Below, in pieces: positions 29,287 to 37,950 of a DNA stretch of 64,000 nt. Source of the stretch: a virus; the IMG/VR virus record IMGVR_UViG_3300020060_000011, positions 375 through 64,374 of that record. The stretch is one strand, 5' to 3'. Both the position numbers and the translations under genes were made by a program. The notes under the pieces are model-generated. The model did not search any database, was not told where the DNA came from, and worked only from the letters and a program-made list of their open reading frames with translations. How positions within the stretch are numbered: position 1 is the first letter of the stretch; every line of letters starts with the position of its first letter.

Positions 29287-29894
29287 GGCTTCGATGGAAC
29301 GACGTAGAAATCGCAATCGATCACGTTACCGGCACCGAGCATCTTGATCAGCTCGTGATCCGGCAGCGACTTGACGTGCTGCTGCGCGACGTGGATCGAT
29401 TCGCGGATGTTGATGTCAACTTTCTGCGGCGCGTCGTAGCCGAGCAGCTTGCTGATTACTTCCCAGCCGCGGATCTCGGTCGCGGGCTCGGCGATGATCT
29501 TGGCGCGGCCGATAGCGTCGTGGACGCCGAACACGACGTCCTCTTTCGTGATCTGCATCGTGCCGCGCATCTCGCGCTTCGCCAGCTCGCGCGCCTGGAT
29601 GATGTGCGGCGCGCTCATCTTTCCGTACGACATCCCGGCCATGTCGGCGGCTTTCTTCGCCGGAAGGCCGAGTATTTCGATGTTGTAAATAAACTGCGCT
29701 TCCTCGTTGGTGAGGTGCGCCGACGCGTTCAGTACCGGAGTCGCCGGCGCATCTAGTGCCGGAGCCGCGACCACTCCACCTCGCACCCCGATCTCATCTC
29801 CAGCAACGAGACATGCAGCTCCAGCAGCACTGTCTCCTGCCAAATCAGTCGGCAGTGCTGGGTCGTGCTTCCGTCGGGCGTTGCTTCGAGCCAT
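29283..29894 (-). CDS. terS: terminase small subunit
   Basis: directly upstream of TerL; HTH-like LPAKKAADMAG, then ITKEDVV and LLGYDAP.KVDINI; start uncertain. Confidence 0.75.
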   Translation of the reverse strand: MARSNARRKHDPALPTDLAGDSAAGAACLVAGDEIGVRGGVVAAPALDAPATPVLNASAHLTNEEAQFIYNIEILGLPAKKAADMAGMSYGKMSAPHIIQARELAKREMRGTMQITKEDVVFGVHDAIGRAKIIAEPATEIRGWEVISKLLGYDAPQKVDINIRESIHVAQQHVKSLPDHELIKMLGAGNVIDCDFYVVPSKP

Positions 29895-30043
29895 CGGACG
29901 TCGTCTTTCCTAAAATCGCTGCCGTACTTCGCTGCCGCATCTTCGATCAGCGCATCGACCATCACTTGCATGCGGCCGAACACCAGATTGAAAAACGCCG
30001 CAGGCGTCGGTTCGACGCCTGCGGCCTGACCTGCCGTAGCCAC
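29753..30043 (-). CDS. hypothetical protein
   Basis: 96 aa; overlaps the 5' end of the TerS ORF. Confidence 0.45.
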   Translation of the reverse strand: MATAGQAAGVEPTPAAFFNLVFGRMQVMVDALIEDAAAKYGSDFRKDDVRWLEATPDGSTTQHCRLIWQETVLLELHVSLLEMRSGCEVEWSRLRH

Positions 30044-30061
30044 TAGGTTCGGCCACGCTGC

Positions 30062-30361
30062 TTAAGCACCCGGAGGCGAAGGCAGCGGAACACCAGCACC
30101 GCCAGTGCCGAGGCTCTGGTTATTGGCGTGCACCGCGTCGATCAGCGCATCCACCGCCGCGGTTTCCTCGGCCGTCAGATCGCGCTTGGCGAGGATGATG
30201 GCGTTGATCCATTCGATCCACGGTTTCGCAAACGCCTCGACGTCTGCCTTGGCGAGCGTCAGCGTGCTGAACGTGTTGACGAGCTGAGATACGAGCGCGC
30301 CGACCTTGCCGCCGTAGCTGGTAGCGAGTGCCTGGATGATGGAGAGATAGAGCTGGATCAC
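30062..30361 (-). CDS. lysis-cassette-associated amphipathic protein
   Basis: 99 aa; GTGA coupling to the lipoprotein; GGAGG RBS. Confidence 0.65.
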   Translation of the reverse strand: MIQLYLSIIQALATSYGGKVGALVSQLVNTFSTLTLAKADVEAFAKPWIEWINAIILAKRDLTAEETAAVDALIDAVHANNQSLGTGGAGVPLPSPPGA

Positions 30362-30783
30362 AGCGTGCCTCCTTCTTTCGACTTGGCCAGGTCAACCTGC
30401 GCTCTCACTGCAGGATCTGCGTTGGCTCGGTTCAACTCCGCCAGCTTCGCCGCGGCGTTGTCGCGCTGAACCTGGGTTGCCCCCACCGCGTTGGCGGCTT
30501 TCGCCGCGTTGTACGCCGCCGTGTCGACCTCGAGCAGCTTGTTGTTGACCGACATCACCTTGCACGGATAAACCGGAGGCGTTGCGCAGACATCGAGCGC
30601 GAAGTAGTAGCTCGCGTACTTGCCTGCCACGGCGTAAGTGACGCCGGCCGCGCCACCCGCATTGCTGACGGTGGTCGGGGTGTCGATCTTGCCAGTGCCG
30701 GCGCAGCCGCCGGCTACGCAGGCGACGGCGAAGACGCAGAACAGGGTCAGCGCGGGCGCGAAACGTGTGCAGAGGGCGCGCAT
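30358..30783 (-). CDS. lipoprotein (spanin-like candidate)
   Basis: hydrophobic leader ALTLFCVFAVACVAGGC with lipobox-like Cys; helical C-terminus; in the lysis cassette. Confidence 0.65.
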   Translation of the reverse strand: MRALCTRFAPALTLFCVFAVACVAGGCAGTGKIDTPTTVSNAGGAAGVTYAVAGKYASYYFALDVCATPPVYPCKVMSVNNKLLEVDTAAYNAAKAANAVGATQVQRDNAAAKLAELNRANADPAVRAQVDLAKSKEGGTL

Positions 30784-30959
30784 TACGGCGAGCTCTTCTG
30801 CTTGATGACGATCAGGATCAACCCTGCCACCGCCATACCCGCCGCCGCAATCGCGGTCGACATTTCTTCCGGCACCATGATGCCGAAGCCGCCGGCGAGC
30901 GTCGCGATGATGCCTGCCCACGTGGTCGGTTCTTTCAGACGATCCAAAATCCAATTCAT
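30783..30959 (-). CDS. holin-like membrane protein (MNWILDRLKEPTTWAG...)
   Basis: 58 aa, two hydrophobic segments, GGAG RBS; not in the ORF track because <60 aa. Confidence 0.65.
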   Translation of the reverse strand: MNWILDRLKEPTTWAGIIATLAGGFGIMVPEEMSTAIAAAGMAVAGLILIVIKQKSSP

Positions 30960-30969
30960 TGCCTACTCC

Positions 30970-31248
30970 TCATTCAGTGGAAGTTGAGTTGCCATCCTTG
31001 GGGGCTTGCGCGATGAGTCGAGACCCGCCGGACAGTCCGTTGAGAACCAGCGCTATCCATCCCATCGCTTGTGGCAGCCACGTAGGCAGCGCGGCTTTTA
31101 ATTCGGCTGGAAGATTCGGGTACGAGGCAGCCAGCGCGATGACGAACGCAGAGATCGCCGTCCAGCGCAGCGACCACCAGCGCTTCCAGTTGCGCCAATC
31201 GTCGACCAGCACTACGGTCGCGGGCCCGATCTTCTTTTCTTCGGCCAT
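30970..31248 (-). CDS. holin-like membrane protein (DDWRNWKRWWSLRW type)
   Basis: 92 aa, two TM-like segments, coupled to the endolysin stop. Confidence 0.7.
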   Translation of the reverse strand: MAEEKKIGPATVVLVDDWRNWKRWWSLRWTAISAFVIALAASYPNLPAELKAALPTWLPQAMGWIALVLNGLSGGSRLIAQAPKDGNSTSTE

Positions 31249-31682
31249 TACCGCCACTCTCCGCTCTTCATCATTTCTGCCATGCGGCCGGCGCGCTCGG
31301 GCGTCTGCTCGGACCATTTGCTTTCGAGCATGAACACCGCGGCATCGTCGTATTTACCGTAGCGAACGGCGGCGAGCGTGCGCACGAACTCGAGCAAGCC
31401 CTCCGTGCCCATCTGGAACGCCATCGAGAGGAGGACGGCTTCGCGTACCGCGTCCAGCTGCGCGACCCACGGCAACGCTGCGTACACTTCCGCGCGCTTG
31501 GCCGCGATGTCGTTGTCGAGCAGGTAGTCGATCTCGACGTCAGAAAGACCGCCGCCTTTGCGCTTGTCGACCAAACGCCCGGCGCCTATCGTGTCGAACC
31601 CCAGGCTGTCCTTGTACACATGACGCACCTTGCCTTCGTCGCGGTAGAGGAGGGTCTTCAAGTCGGTGGGCGTAGCGCTCAT
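31248..31682 (-). CDS. endolysin, GH24 T4-type lysozyme
   Basis: DEG-x8-D-x5-TIG catalytic triad pattern; MAFQMG and SKWSEQTPERA motifs. Confidence 0.9.
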   Translation of the reverse strand: MSATPTDLKTLLYRDEGKVRHVYKDSLGFDTIGAGRLVDKRKGGGLSDVEIDYLLDNDIAAKRAEVYAALPWVAQLDAVREAVLLSMAFQMGTEGLLEFVRTLAAVRYGKYDDAAVFMLESKWSEQTPERAGRMAEMMKSGEWR

Positions 31683-31789
31683 TCGTCCGTCAGCTCCAGC
31701 GTTTCGCAGGGCATCGAACGCAGCCAGAGGCAAAGTGCGACGAACGCCGTAACCAGCGCGCCAAACAGGAAACCGAGAACAAAACTCAT
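31679..31789 (-). CDS. small single-TM protein (MSFVLGFLFGALVTAFVALCLWL...)
   Basis: 36 aa with ATGA overlaps at both ends. Confidence 0.55.
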   Translation of the reverse strand: MSFVLGFLFGALVTAFVALCLWLRSMPCETLELTDE

Positions 31790-32097
31790 GGCCTCACTCT
31801 CTCGATATAGTCGACCAGGTTCCTGCGCGCTTCTCGCAGCCCCGGTATTTCACGGATCGCACGGCTGACATGTGGGGAGTCCTGCGTAATAGCTTCTAAA
31901 AGCGGAGATACCAGCGCGATAAGCTGCTGGAACTCCGTTCGCATCCCTTGCTCGTAAGCGACCGTCGTGCGTAGCGTCTGGGCAAGCTCGCGAAATTTCC
32001 CGATCCGCTTTGTCGCGCTTTCGGTCGCCGGTAGCAGGAGGATCTCGTCGACTTCCCTCAGAATGACCTCGGCCTGCTCCAGTGGAGTTTTGTCCAC
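31786..32097 (-). CDS. hypothetical helical protein
   Basis: 103 aa, GAGGA RBS. Confidence 0.6.
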   Translation of the reverse strand: MDKTPLEQAEVILREVDEILLLPATESATKRIGKFRELAQTLRTTVAYEQGMRTEFQQLIALVSPLLEAITQDSPHVSRAIREIPGLREARRNLVDYIERVRP

Positions 32098-32106
32098 GCT
32101 CTGTCC

Positions 32107-32337
32107 TCATTGGCGCAACCTTTGAGCCTCGTGGTTGCGAAGCTCGCGAATATCCGTGCGGATCGACTCCATATCGCGCACAACCATCGACTTGATGTCG
32201 TCGATCTGCCGCTGCGTGGAGTCGATATAAAAAGCGGCTGCTGCGCAGGGAAGCGCGACGATGACCGCGGCGAGCACGCGGCGCAGGTCGACGTGCCACG
32301 ATAGAAACTGCTCGTTATCTGACCCGCGTGCGCGCAT
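32107..32337 (-). CDS. TM plus coiled-coil protein at the head of the lysis operon
   Basis: VLAAVIVALPCAAAAFYI followed by a heptad-like stretch. Confidence 0.6.
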   Translation of the reverse strand: MRARGSDNEQFLSWHVDLRRVLAAVIVALPCAAAAFYIDSTQRQIDDIKSMVVRDMESIRTDIRELRNHEAQRLRQ

Positions 32338-32368
32338 TCAGCGCCCCTGTTACAACACACGGGGAGTC

Positions 32369-32410
32369 AACGTAGCGGAACGGCGCTAAATGTTCAAAAT
32401 TATTTTAATT
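32369..32410 (-). promoter_or_regulatory. late promoter with 17-bp AT element (copy 1)
   Basis: minus strand AATTAAAATAATT-TTGAAC-17 bp-TACGTT. Confidence 0.6.
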
Positions 32411-32480
32411 ATCAAAAAGATGCACTGCCGACCAGGGGCCGAAGCTGGTCAGTTCCTTGTCGCTGACTCCGGCCATTCAG

Positions 32481-32744
32481 TCAGGTCTCCAGAATGTCGT
32501 GGTCGATGTTCGCCAGCGTGTGGCCGGAGGGTGGGAACGTCGACGGCAGCGGCGTGCTGATCCACGTCTCTTGAACACCGCCAGCGATGTAGTCGCCGCG
32601 GTTCTTGAAGACCGGTGGTGCGTCGCCAATAACGGTCGCGTTGTTGAGAACAAACCCCGGCACGGCTTGCTGCGTCCGCGTCTCCGTGGAACCGGCGAAG
32701 GCGCTCACAACACCGAGCAGAACACCGCCGTTGCGAGCAGTCAT
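32481..32744 (-). CDS. hypothetical fibre-module protein
   Basis: 87 aa from MTARNGG; ATGA overlap. Confidence 0.55.
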   Translation of the reverse strand: MTARNGGVLLGVVSAFAGSTETRTQQAVPGFVLNNATVIGDAPPVFKNRGDYIAGGVQETWISTPLPSTFPPSGHTLANIDHDILET

Positions 32745-33721
32745 GACAGGTTTACCGCCCCGCCGTTCCACGGAAAAATGAGGTTGCCGAACTGGACGAA
32801 CTGCGCAGACGATGGCGGTCCGTCGTTCGGATAGACATCGCCGGTCGGGATAGATGTCGACCCCATCCACATGTCTTGAAACGTCCCATGCCTTCCGCGC
32901 ACGCCAACGGTGTATGACTCGAAGCCGAGCGGGACCATGTTCCACTCGCCAGTTATCTCGTTGGCGATGTTGCCGTAGACGGTGTCAGTCGGGATCTGGA
33001 AACTCGCATTCCCCTCGCAAGTTATGACGACGTTCCCGGTGGTCGAACTGTTGCGCATCTTTCCGAGCACGCTTGTCTGCGCACTGAGCGCGCCGATCGT
33101 CGGTGCGGCTGCGACCATGTAGCTGACGCTCGGATTCGTCCATCCCGTTGACGGGTTCGCTGGTTTCTCGAACAGCCAGTAGGCGGTGACCACCCCGGCG
33201 ATGCACAGAATCATCCGCGTGCACTGGCCGTCCGTGGATTGCATGACAGACCAGCGAGTAGCCTGATCCGAGGCAGCTCCGCCCCAATTGGCGCCATTCA
33301 ACAATATCTGCTCGTCGGTAGCTGTTGGGCGCGCGGTAGTGCTCCCTCCTGTAAAACCGGCAGAGAATGAAATGACGGCCATAAGAGTCGTGCCGGTGCC
33401 GGATGCGGCCTCGCACGACAGCAGAAGTTCATAGTTGGTAGCAACTCCTGTTTGCCGCAAGACGATCCACGAACGCGCCGACGCCGCGGCGGCCCACACG
33501 AGGTCAGAATCAGCGCTCCAGCGATCGACGCCGTCTCCTGCGGTTCCTGCCACGACGGAGCTGGAGCTATAACGAACGGTCCATGGATTGTTGCCAAAGC
33601 CAACAAGCGCGTTCTTGATGCTGCGCAGGAGGCGGCGGTTATCGGCGAGCGCGCTACCGAGCGCTGATATCGCATTGTTGACGTTGTGCTGCCACGCCTT
33701 GGTTAATGTGGGGAGCGCCAT
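32741..33721 (-). CDS. fibre / receptor-binding-like beta-rich protein
   Basis: 326 aa from MALPTLTK; Ser/Thr/Trp-rich; lower GC than the core genes. Confidence 0.65.
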   Translation of the reverse strand: MALPTLTKAWQHNVNNAISALGSALADNRRLLRSIKNALVGFGNNPWTVRYSSSSVVAGTAGDGVDRWSADSDLVWAAAASARSWIVLRQTGVATNYELLLSCEAASGTGTTLMAVISFSAGFTGGSTTARPTATDEQILLNGANWGGAASDQATRWSVMQSTDGQCTRMILCIAGVVTAYWLFEKPANPSTGWTNPSVSYMVAAAPTIGALSAQTSVLGKMRNSSTTGNVVITCEGNASFQIPTDTVYGNIANEITGEWNMVPLGFESYTVGVRGRHGTFQDMWMGSTSIPTGDVYPNDGPPSSAQFVQFGNLIFPWNGGAVNLS

Positions 33722-34659
33722 TACGGTTCGATGTCCAGCCATGCCGCAGAGCACGTCGCTTGCTGCGTGCCGTCAGCAGTCGGGAGCCAGAAACGCGGCA
33801 CGAAAAGGCCAGCGTTGCCGGTGAGTCGGAAGGCCGCCGAGACATCGACAGAAACAAGGTCCGCCGTTGTCGACGCTGTCGTGCCGGTTGCCGCGATGAT
33901 GGTCGGGCTGCCTGTGCCGTCTTGCTGATACAGTTCGGCCTGCGCAGGGAATGACGCGTGCGTCGTCTCAAGCAGCGCGTAGAACGTGATCGTCGAACTG
34001 CCCGACGTTCCCCAATCCGCAAGCGTCGGGTCGAAGTAAATACCACCCATGCGGCGCTTCGTGGATGCGTCGAACTTCGTCGAGCGCGGACCCGTGCCGA
34101 GCTGGATGATGAGGTGGTTGCCAACTCCGAGCCGGGCGTCACTACCGAGCACGACTTCGCCAGCGCTTGCGTTACCAACGGCAGGAACATCAAGGAACGC
34201 GGCCGTCCCAAGCGTTGCCGAGAACGCAGCGATCAGCGACGCGAAGTCTTTATAAAGCCCGATCGCGCGATAACCGTCGTTTCCAGCGCCGGACGTTGGC
34301 GCCCACATAAACAGGATGCCTTCGCCGGGCTCTAGATCGACGTCATCGGCGATGCTGAACCAGTTTTGCGTGAACGACGAACCGGAGCGCGCCAGCAGCG
34401 TGAGCGTGTTGGTGTTGATCGCGCGGTTGAAGATGTAGAGCAGCCGACGGGCCGATCCGCTTTCGACACCGGTCAAAACGGTGTCGGCGGTCAGCGTGAC
34501 CGCGAGCCCGGTGCAGACGTCGACGCCAGGGTCGGAGAAGTCATCGACCTGACCGCCAGTGAACGTGACGTCGAGCTGGCCGCCCAACGTCAACGCATGC
34601 TGTACGTCGAAGCTAGGCGCTCGCGTTCCTGCCAGACCAAGAAAAAGTGGACTCGCCAC
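33721..34659 (-). CDS. fibre-module protein (MASPLFLGLAGT...)
   Basis: GTG start 2 nt after the upstream stop; 312 aa. Confidence 0.65.
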   Translation of the reverse strand: MASPLFLGLAGTRAPSFDVQHALTLGGQLDVTFTGGQVDDFSDPGVDVCTGLAVTLTADTVLTGVESGSARRLLYIFNRAINTNTLTLLARSGSSFTQNWFSIADDVDLEPGEGILFMWAPTSGAGNDGYRAIGLYKDFASLIAAFSATLGTAAFLDVPAVGNASAGEVVLGSDARLGVGNHLIIQLGTGPRSTKFDASTKRRMGGIYFDPTLADWGTSGSSTITFYALLETTHASFPAQAELYQQDGTGSPTIIAATGTTASTTADLVSVDVSAAFRLTGNAGLFVPRFWLPTADGTQQATCSAAWLDIEP

Positions 34660-34661
34660 GG

Positions 34662-35363
34662 TCAGTTCGGGACGACGTACGTCGTTTCGATGATCGCCGC
34701 GCCCGCGCTCGAGGAGTCCGCCGCGTAGGTCGCGATGATCGCCTCGGTGCCGACGGTGACGTCCTCGTCCGGGTAGATCGCGTAGATGCCGACCGTGGTC
34801 AGGTCGATGTCGTCGGTGCCGGCGTACTTCGACAACGTGCCAGTAACGCCGATCGACACGGTCGGATTCGTGCCGTTGAACGCGGTCTTGACGTTGACCA
34901 GGATCAGCGGCAGGCGCCCGTTGGCGGGCTTGGTGAACATCGCCAGGGTGCTGGTGCTGCCGAACGCGAGCGCCGTGTTGTCGACGCCGGGCACGTTCGT
35001 CGATCCGCCAGGCAGCGGTATGAATGCGAGCTGGCCTGCGCCGTCGGTGCCGAGGTAATCGCCGGGTGAGCCGTCGACCGGCGGCAGGAACAGCTGCAGA
35101 TCCGCCGTCATGCCGGTCGCGGGCCGGCTCAGCGTCTGCTTCCAGTCGTCGCCCGTGCCCGCAGCGTCGCTGTTCCACTCGATGTCGTCGCCGGACGCCG
35201 AGAGCTTGCTCGCCGTCAACGCTGCGTCGGCTGAGTCGCCCGCGTTGCGTATGACGAAACCGCCGGTGACGTACTTCAGCCGGGATGCCGCCGCGCGGTA
35301 GCCGACCTTCAGGTAGTTGAGTAGCGTGCCGCCAAGGTCGGATGGAAACAGGGGATTCGCCAT
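34662..35363 (-). CDS. fibre-module protein (MANPLFPSDLGGT...) with C-terminal cement-like beta domain
   Basis: 233 aa; VKTAFNGTNPTVSIGVTG motif. Confidence 0.7.
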   Translation of the reverse strand: MANPLFPSDLGGTLLNYLKVGYRAAASRLKYVTGGFVIRNAGDSADAALTASKLSASGDDIEWNSDAAGTGDDWKQTLSRPATGMTADLQLFLPPVDGSPGDYLGTDGAGQLAFIPLPGGSTNVPGVDNTALAFGSTSTLAMFTKPANGRLPLILVNVKTAFNGTNPTVSIGVTGTLSKYAGTDDIDLTTVGIYAIYPDEDVTVGTEAIIATYAADSSSAGAAIIETTYVVPN

Positions 35364-35381
35364 TGTCGCAAAGCTCCGCGG

Positions 35382-35939
35382 TCAGTCAGGCATAAACACG
35401 AGGTACAGGACGCCGGCACCCTGGGACGATCCGGACGGAGCAATTTCTACCCAGACTCCGGTCGCTCCAGCGACGTGCAGGTCCGGTGTGTTCTCGAAGC
35501 CCGCCGGGAACAGCAAGTCGCTGTCGGTCGCGGTCATCAGTGCATCGGTATCGCCGACGAAGCCGACCAGGATGCTGGGCGCCGCGCCGTTGAAAACGGT
35601 AGTGACATCGACGCGGGCGAGGGTGAACGTGCCCGGCCCCTCGGTCGTGTAGCGAATCGCGGCGGCGTCGCCGTAGGCGAACTCGATCGGCGGGATGCTG
35701 CCGCCGGGGAAGCCGCGCGGACCCTGCGGCCCCGCCTCGACGCGCTCGACAATACGGACGACGGGTTTCTGTACGACGAGCTCGTTCTGCGTGCTGCGGG
35801 TGACGACGGTGCTGCGCGCATTGTCGCGTGTGACCACCGTTTGCGCCGGATCGCGCGTGATGACCGTGCCGCGCGACTCGCGCACGACCGTCAACGGTCG
35901 CTGGGGCCGCTGGACGATGATGCGCGGGTCGCAGGTCAT
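35382..35939 (-). CDS. fibre-module protein with short collagen-like stretch and cement-like beta domain
   Basis: MTCDPRII start; GPQGPRGFPG; VTTVFNGAAPSILVG. Confidence 0.7.
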   Translation of the reverse strand: MTCDPRIIVQRPQRPLTVVRESRGTVITRDPAQTVVTRDNARSTVVTRSTQNELVVQKPVVRIVERVEAGPQGPRGFPGGSIPPIEFAYGDAAAIRYTTEGPGTFTLARVDVTTVFNGAAPSILVGFVGDTDALMTATDSDLLFPAGFENTPDLHVAGATGVWVEIAPSGSSQGAGVLYLVFMPD

Positions 35940-35943
35940 TGGG

Positions 35944-36132
35944 TCACCAGCCGTTCTTTTCGCGGTTCGCCACGCACTGCGAGCGTGGGCATTCGTCGAA
36001 CACACAAGGGCCGAGCGGATGTACGCCGCGCGGATCGTTGGTTGGATTCAGCTCGTACGGAAAATTCGTCGCGCCGAGTTTGCCGCGGTGCAGGGCAGCG
36101 TACTCGGACGGCGTCATCTCCCGCTCCGTCAC
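35944..36132 (-). CDS. hypothetical protein
   Basis: 62 aa; GTGA coupling. Confidence 0.5.
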   Translation of the reverse strand: MTEREMTPSEYAALHRGKLGATNFPYELNPTNDPRGVHPLGPCVFDECPRSQCVANREKNGW

Positions 36133-36473
36133 GGCGTCAACGCGCCCGAGGTGCGCAACTTCGCCAGCAGCTCGTTGAAACTGGCGACGAGGTCGGCGAT
36201 GTCCGCGGCGTCGTCGACCGTCGAGTCCTCGACCGCGGCTGCGATCTTTACGCCGCCGATCGCGACACCGGCGACGGGGAGCGTGTAGTCGGTGCCGCTG
36301 CCGGGACCGCCGGCGACGTCACCGATCACCATCGCCTGTGCGAACTGCTGGTTGACGAGGTCGAGTGCGGGGGGCCCAAGCGGTATGTAGCTGGACGCGG
36401 CGAGAGCGAGGCACTGTGTGTTCAGGTCGCCGGCGGTGCGCGCGACGACGACGATATAACCAGTGAGAGCCAT
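36129..36473 (-). CDS. head fibre-like protein
   Basis: YTLP.A...IGGVK.AAAV.D...LVASFNELLAKLR.SG pattern of phage head-fibre proteins. Confidence 0.7.
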   Translation of the reverse strand: MALTGYIVVVARTAGDLNTQCLALAASSYIPLGPPALDLVNQQFAQAMVIGDVAGGPGSGTDYTLPVAGVAIGGVKIAAAVEDSTVDDAADIADLVASFNELLAKLRTSGALTP

Positions 36474-36475
36474 GA

Positions 36476-36859
36476 TCAGAGTCCTTCGGTAATAGGGGCG
36501 GAGCCGAGAGGTTCCGCATCGGCTCTGCCGACGCGTTCAAACGTCTGGATCGGGTTCTTGCGGTACGAAGCGAAGAGGGCGCGGCGATGGTTCCGGTTCG
36601 GACACGCAGCGAGCGCGCGCAGGCGCTGCGCGGCTTCGGCCGTCAAGCGGTAGCCCGGCGGTATCGATTCTTTCAGCGCGACCGAGCGGCGGAGCGCTTC
36701 GGCTTCGACGGCGTCGTCACCACGCAATGCGTCGAGGCGGTCGTCGATCCATTCGCTGGCGATGCGGCGCGCATCAGCTATCGCTTCCTCTGCGGGCGAG
36801 CGGCGCGGGTATGTAATCTGCGGGCGGTCGATCTCGATGTCGTATCCGGGGAGCATCAC
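36476..36859 (-). CDS. hypothetical protein
   Basis: 127 aa, coupled. Confidence 0.55.
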   Translation of the reverse strand: MMLPGYDIEIDRPQITYPRRSPAEEAIADARRIASEWIDDRLDALRGDDAVEAEALRRSVALKESIPPGYRLTAEAAQRLRALAACPNRNHRRALFASYRKNPIQTFERVGRADAEPLGSAPITEGL

Positions 36860-37095
36860 ACCACCTCGAATATAGGGACGGCGTTCCGGCGGTACGCACC
36901 GAACAGCGTCTTGCGCTGGTTACTGGTCTTGCAGCCGAGGAGCGCGGCGAGGCGGGCACGCGAGACGGCAGTCAGCTGATGGCCGACGGGCGGGTCTTCG
37001 TGCGTGGCCTGCTCTAGGGCGTACAACGAAGGGACTCCCCAGAAGCCACCCAGTGCATGCGCGGCCCACGTGTGGATGAGGAAATGGGTGCGCAC
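36856..37095 (-). CDS. hypothetical protein
   Basis: 79 aa filling the gap between coupled genes. Confidence 0.45.
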   Translation of the reverse strand: MRTHFLIHTWAAHALGGFWGVPSLYALEQATHEDPPVGHQLTAVSRARLAALLGCKTSNQRKTLFGAYRRNAVPIFEVV

Positions 37096-37099
37096 GCAT

Positions 37100-37477
37100 T
37101 CATCGGGAGGCGATCACGTAACCCTGCACCAGCCGCTCGACATAGTCGGGCGTGGGCGTCGGATTGGTGAGGGTGAGCTTGAACGGCCACATCTCGCCGT
37201 CTTCATCGACGGGGACCGTGGTGGCGGGGATGTCGATCGTGCCGACGACTTCGCCGGCAGGGCCGTCGATGGTGAGGCCAGCGGCGGGGGAGGAGGTGAG
37301 GGCGAACAGCGGCGTGTCGACGAGCTGGTCGTCGTCCTCGCGCCACACGTTCATGACGCCGGTCCAGCCGGTGAGGTCGACGGGCGTCCCATCCGGGTTC
37401 TTGACCCGGATCGGCTCGGTCGAAAACGTCGTGCCGCGGTAGAAGCGGAACGTCGTGAAGATGGGCGGCACCGTCAT
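37100..37477 (-). CDS. BppU-N-like fibre adaptor domain protein
   Basis: RGTTFS...DGTPVDLTGWTG.M and YVERLVQGYV pattern. Confidence 0.7.
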   Translation of the reverse strand: MTVPPIFTTFRFYRGTTFSTEPIRVKNPDGTPVDLTGWTGVMNVWREDDDQLVDTPLFALTSSPAAGLTIDGPAGEVVGTIDIPATTVPVDEDGEMWPFKLTLTNPTPTPDYVERLVQGYVIASR

Positions 37478-37487
37478 AGTGCCGCCG

Positions 37488-37529
37488 AGACTAGCGGGGA
37501 AGTCTCAGAGTATCAAAATTATTTTAATT
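37488..37529 (-). promoter_or_regulatory. late promoter with 17-bp AT element (copy 2)
   Basis: minus strand AATTAAAATAATT-TTGATA-17 bp-TAGTCT. Confidence 0.6.
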
Positions 37530-37545
37530 CAAAGTGTTACGAAGT

Positions 37546-37950
37546 TTACCGCTTGGCGCGATCAAGCTCGCGCTGTAGCGCCGCGTCAGGATCTGCGAGG
37601 TCGCGTTCGATCTGGGCATTCACCGCAGCGGCCACGCCCGGCGTCATAGCCGGAACCGGGGGTACGTATGGAACGAGCACTGGCGGCGGAGGCGGGGTGG
37701 CGTAATGAACCGCGACGGGACGTCGGTTTACGGGCGGAGCCGGCACCGGCGCGTAGACAACTTCGGGCGGATAAAGCGGTGCGGCGGGCGCGGGCGGAGG
37801 AGTCGGCTGAGGAGTGCAGCCGTAGAGGGCGCCGTTGTTGGAAACAGCGCAGCCGCCGACACGGCCGTCGGTGTAAGGCACCCAGCCGTTGCCATCCGCA
37901 GCGGCGAAGGCGGGGATTAAGAACAAAACAAATAAGAGGTAGGTGCGCAT
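37546..37950 (-). CDS. secreted proline-rich protein (moron-like)
   Basis: signal peptide MRTYLLFVLFLIPAFAAA; GGAG RBS; Cys pair then poly-Pro linker. Confidence 0.65.
   Translation of the reverse strand: MRTYLLFVLFLIPAFAAADGNGWVPYTDGRVGGCAVSNNGALYGCTPQPTPPPAPAAPLYPPEVVYAPVPAPPVNRRPVAVHYATPPPPPVLVPYVPPVPAMTPGVAAAVNAQIERDLADPDAALQRELDRAKR

Noticed and set aside
29753-29894. 141-nt overlap of TerS with the upstream ORF as a dual-coding region
   Set aside because: TerS may start at a downstream GTG with a GGAG RBS, removing most of the overlap; not resolvable from sequence
32481-37477. Diversity-generating retroelement acting on fibre genes
   Set aside because: No reverse transcriptase and no TR/VR near-duplicate seen in the window
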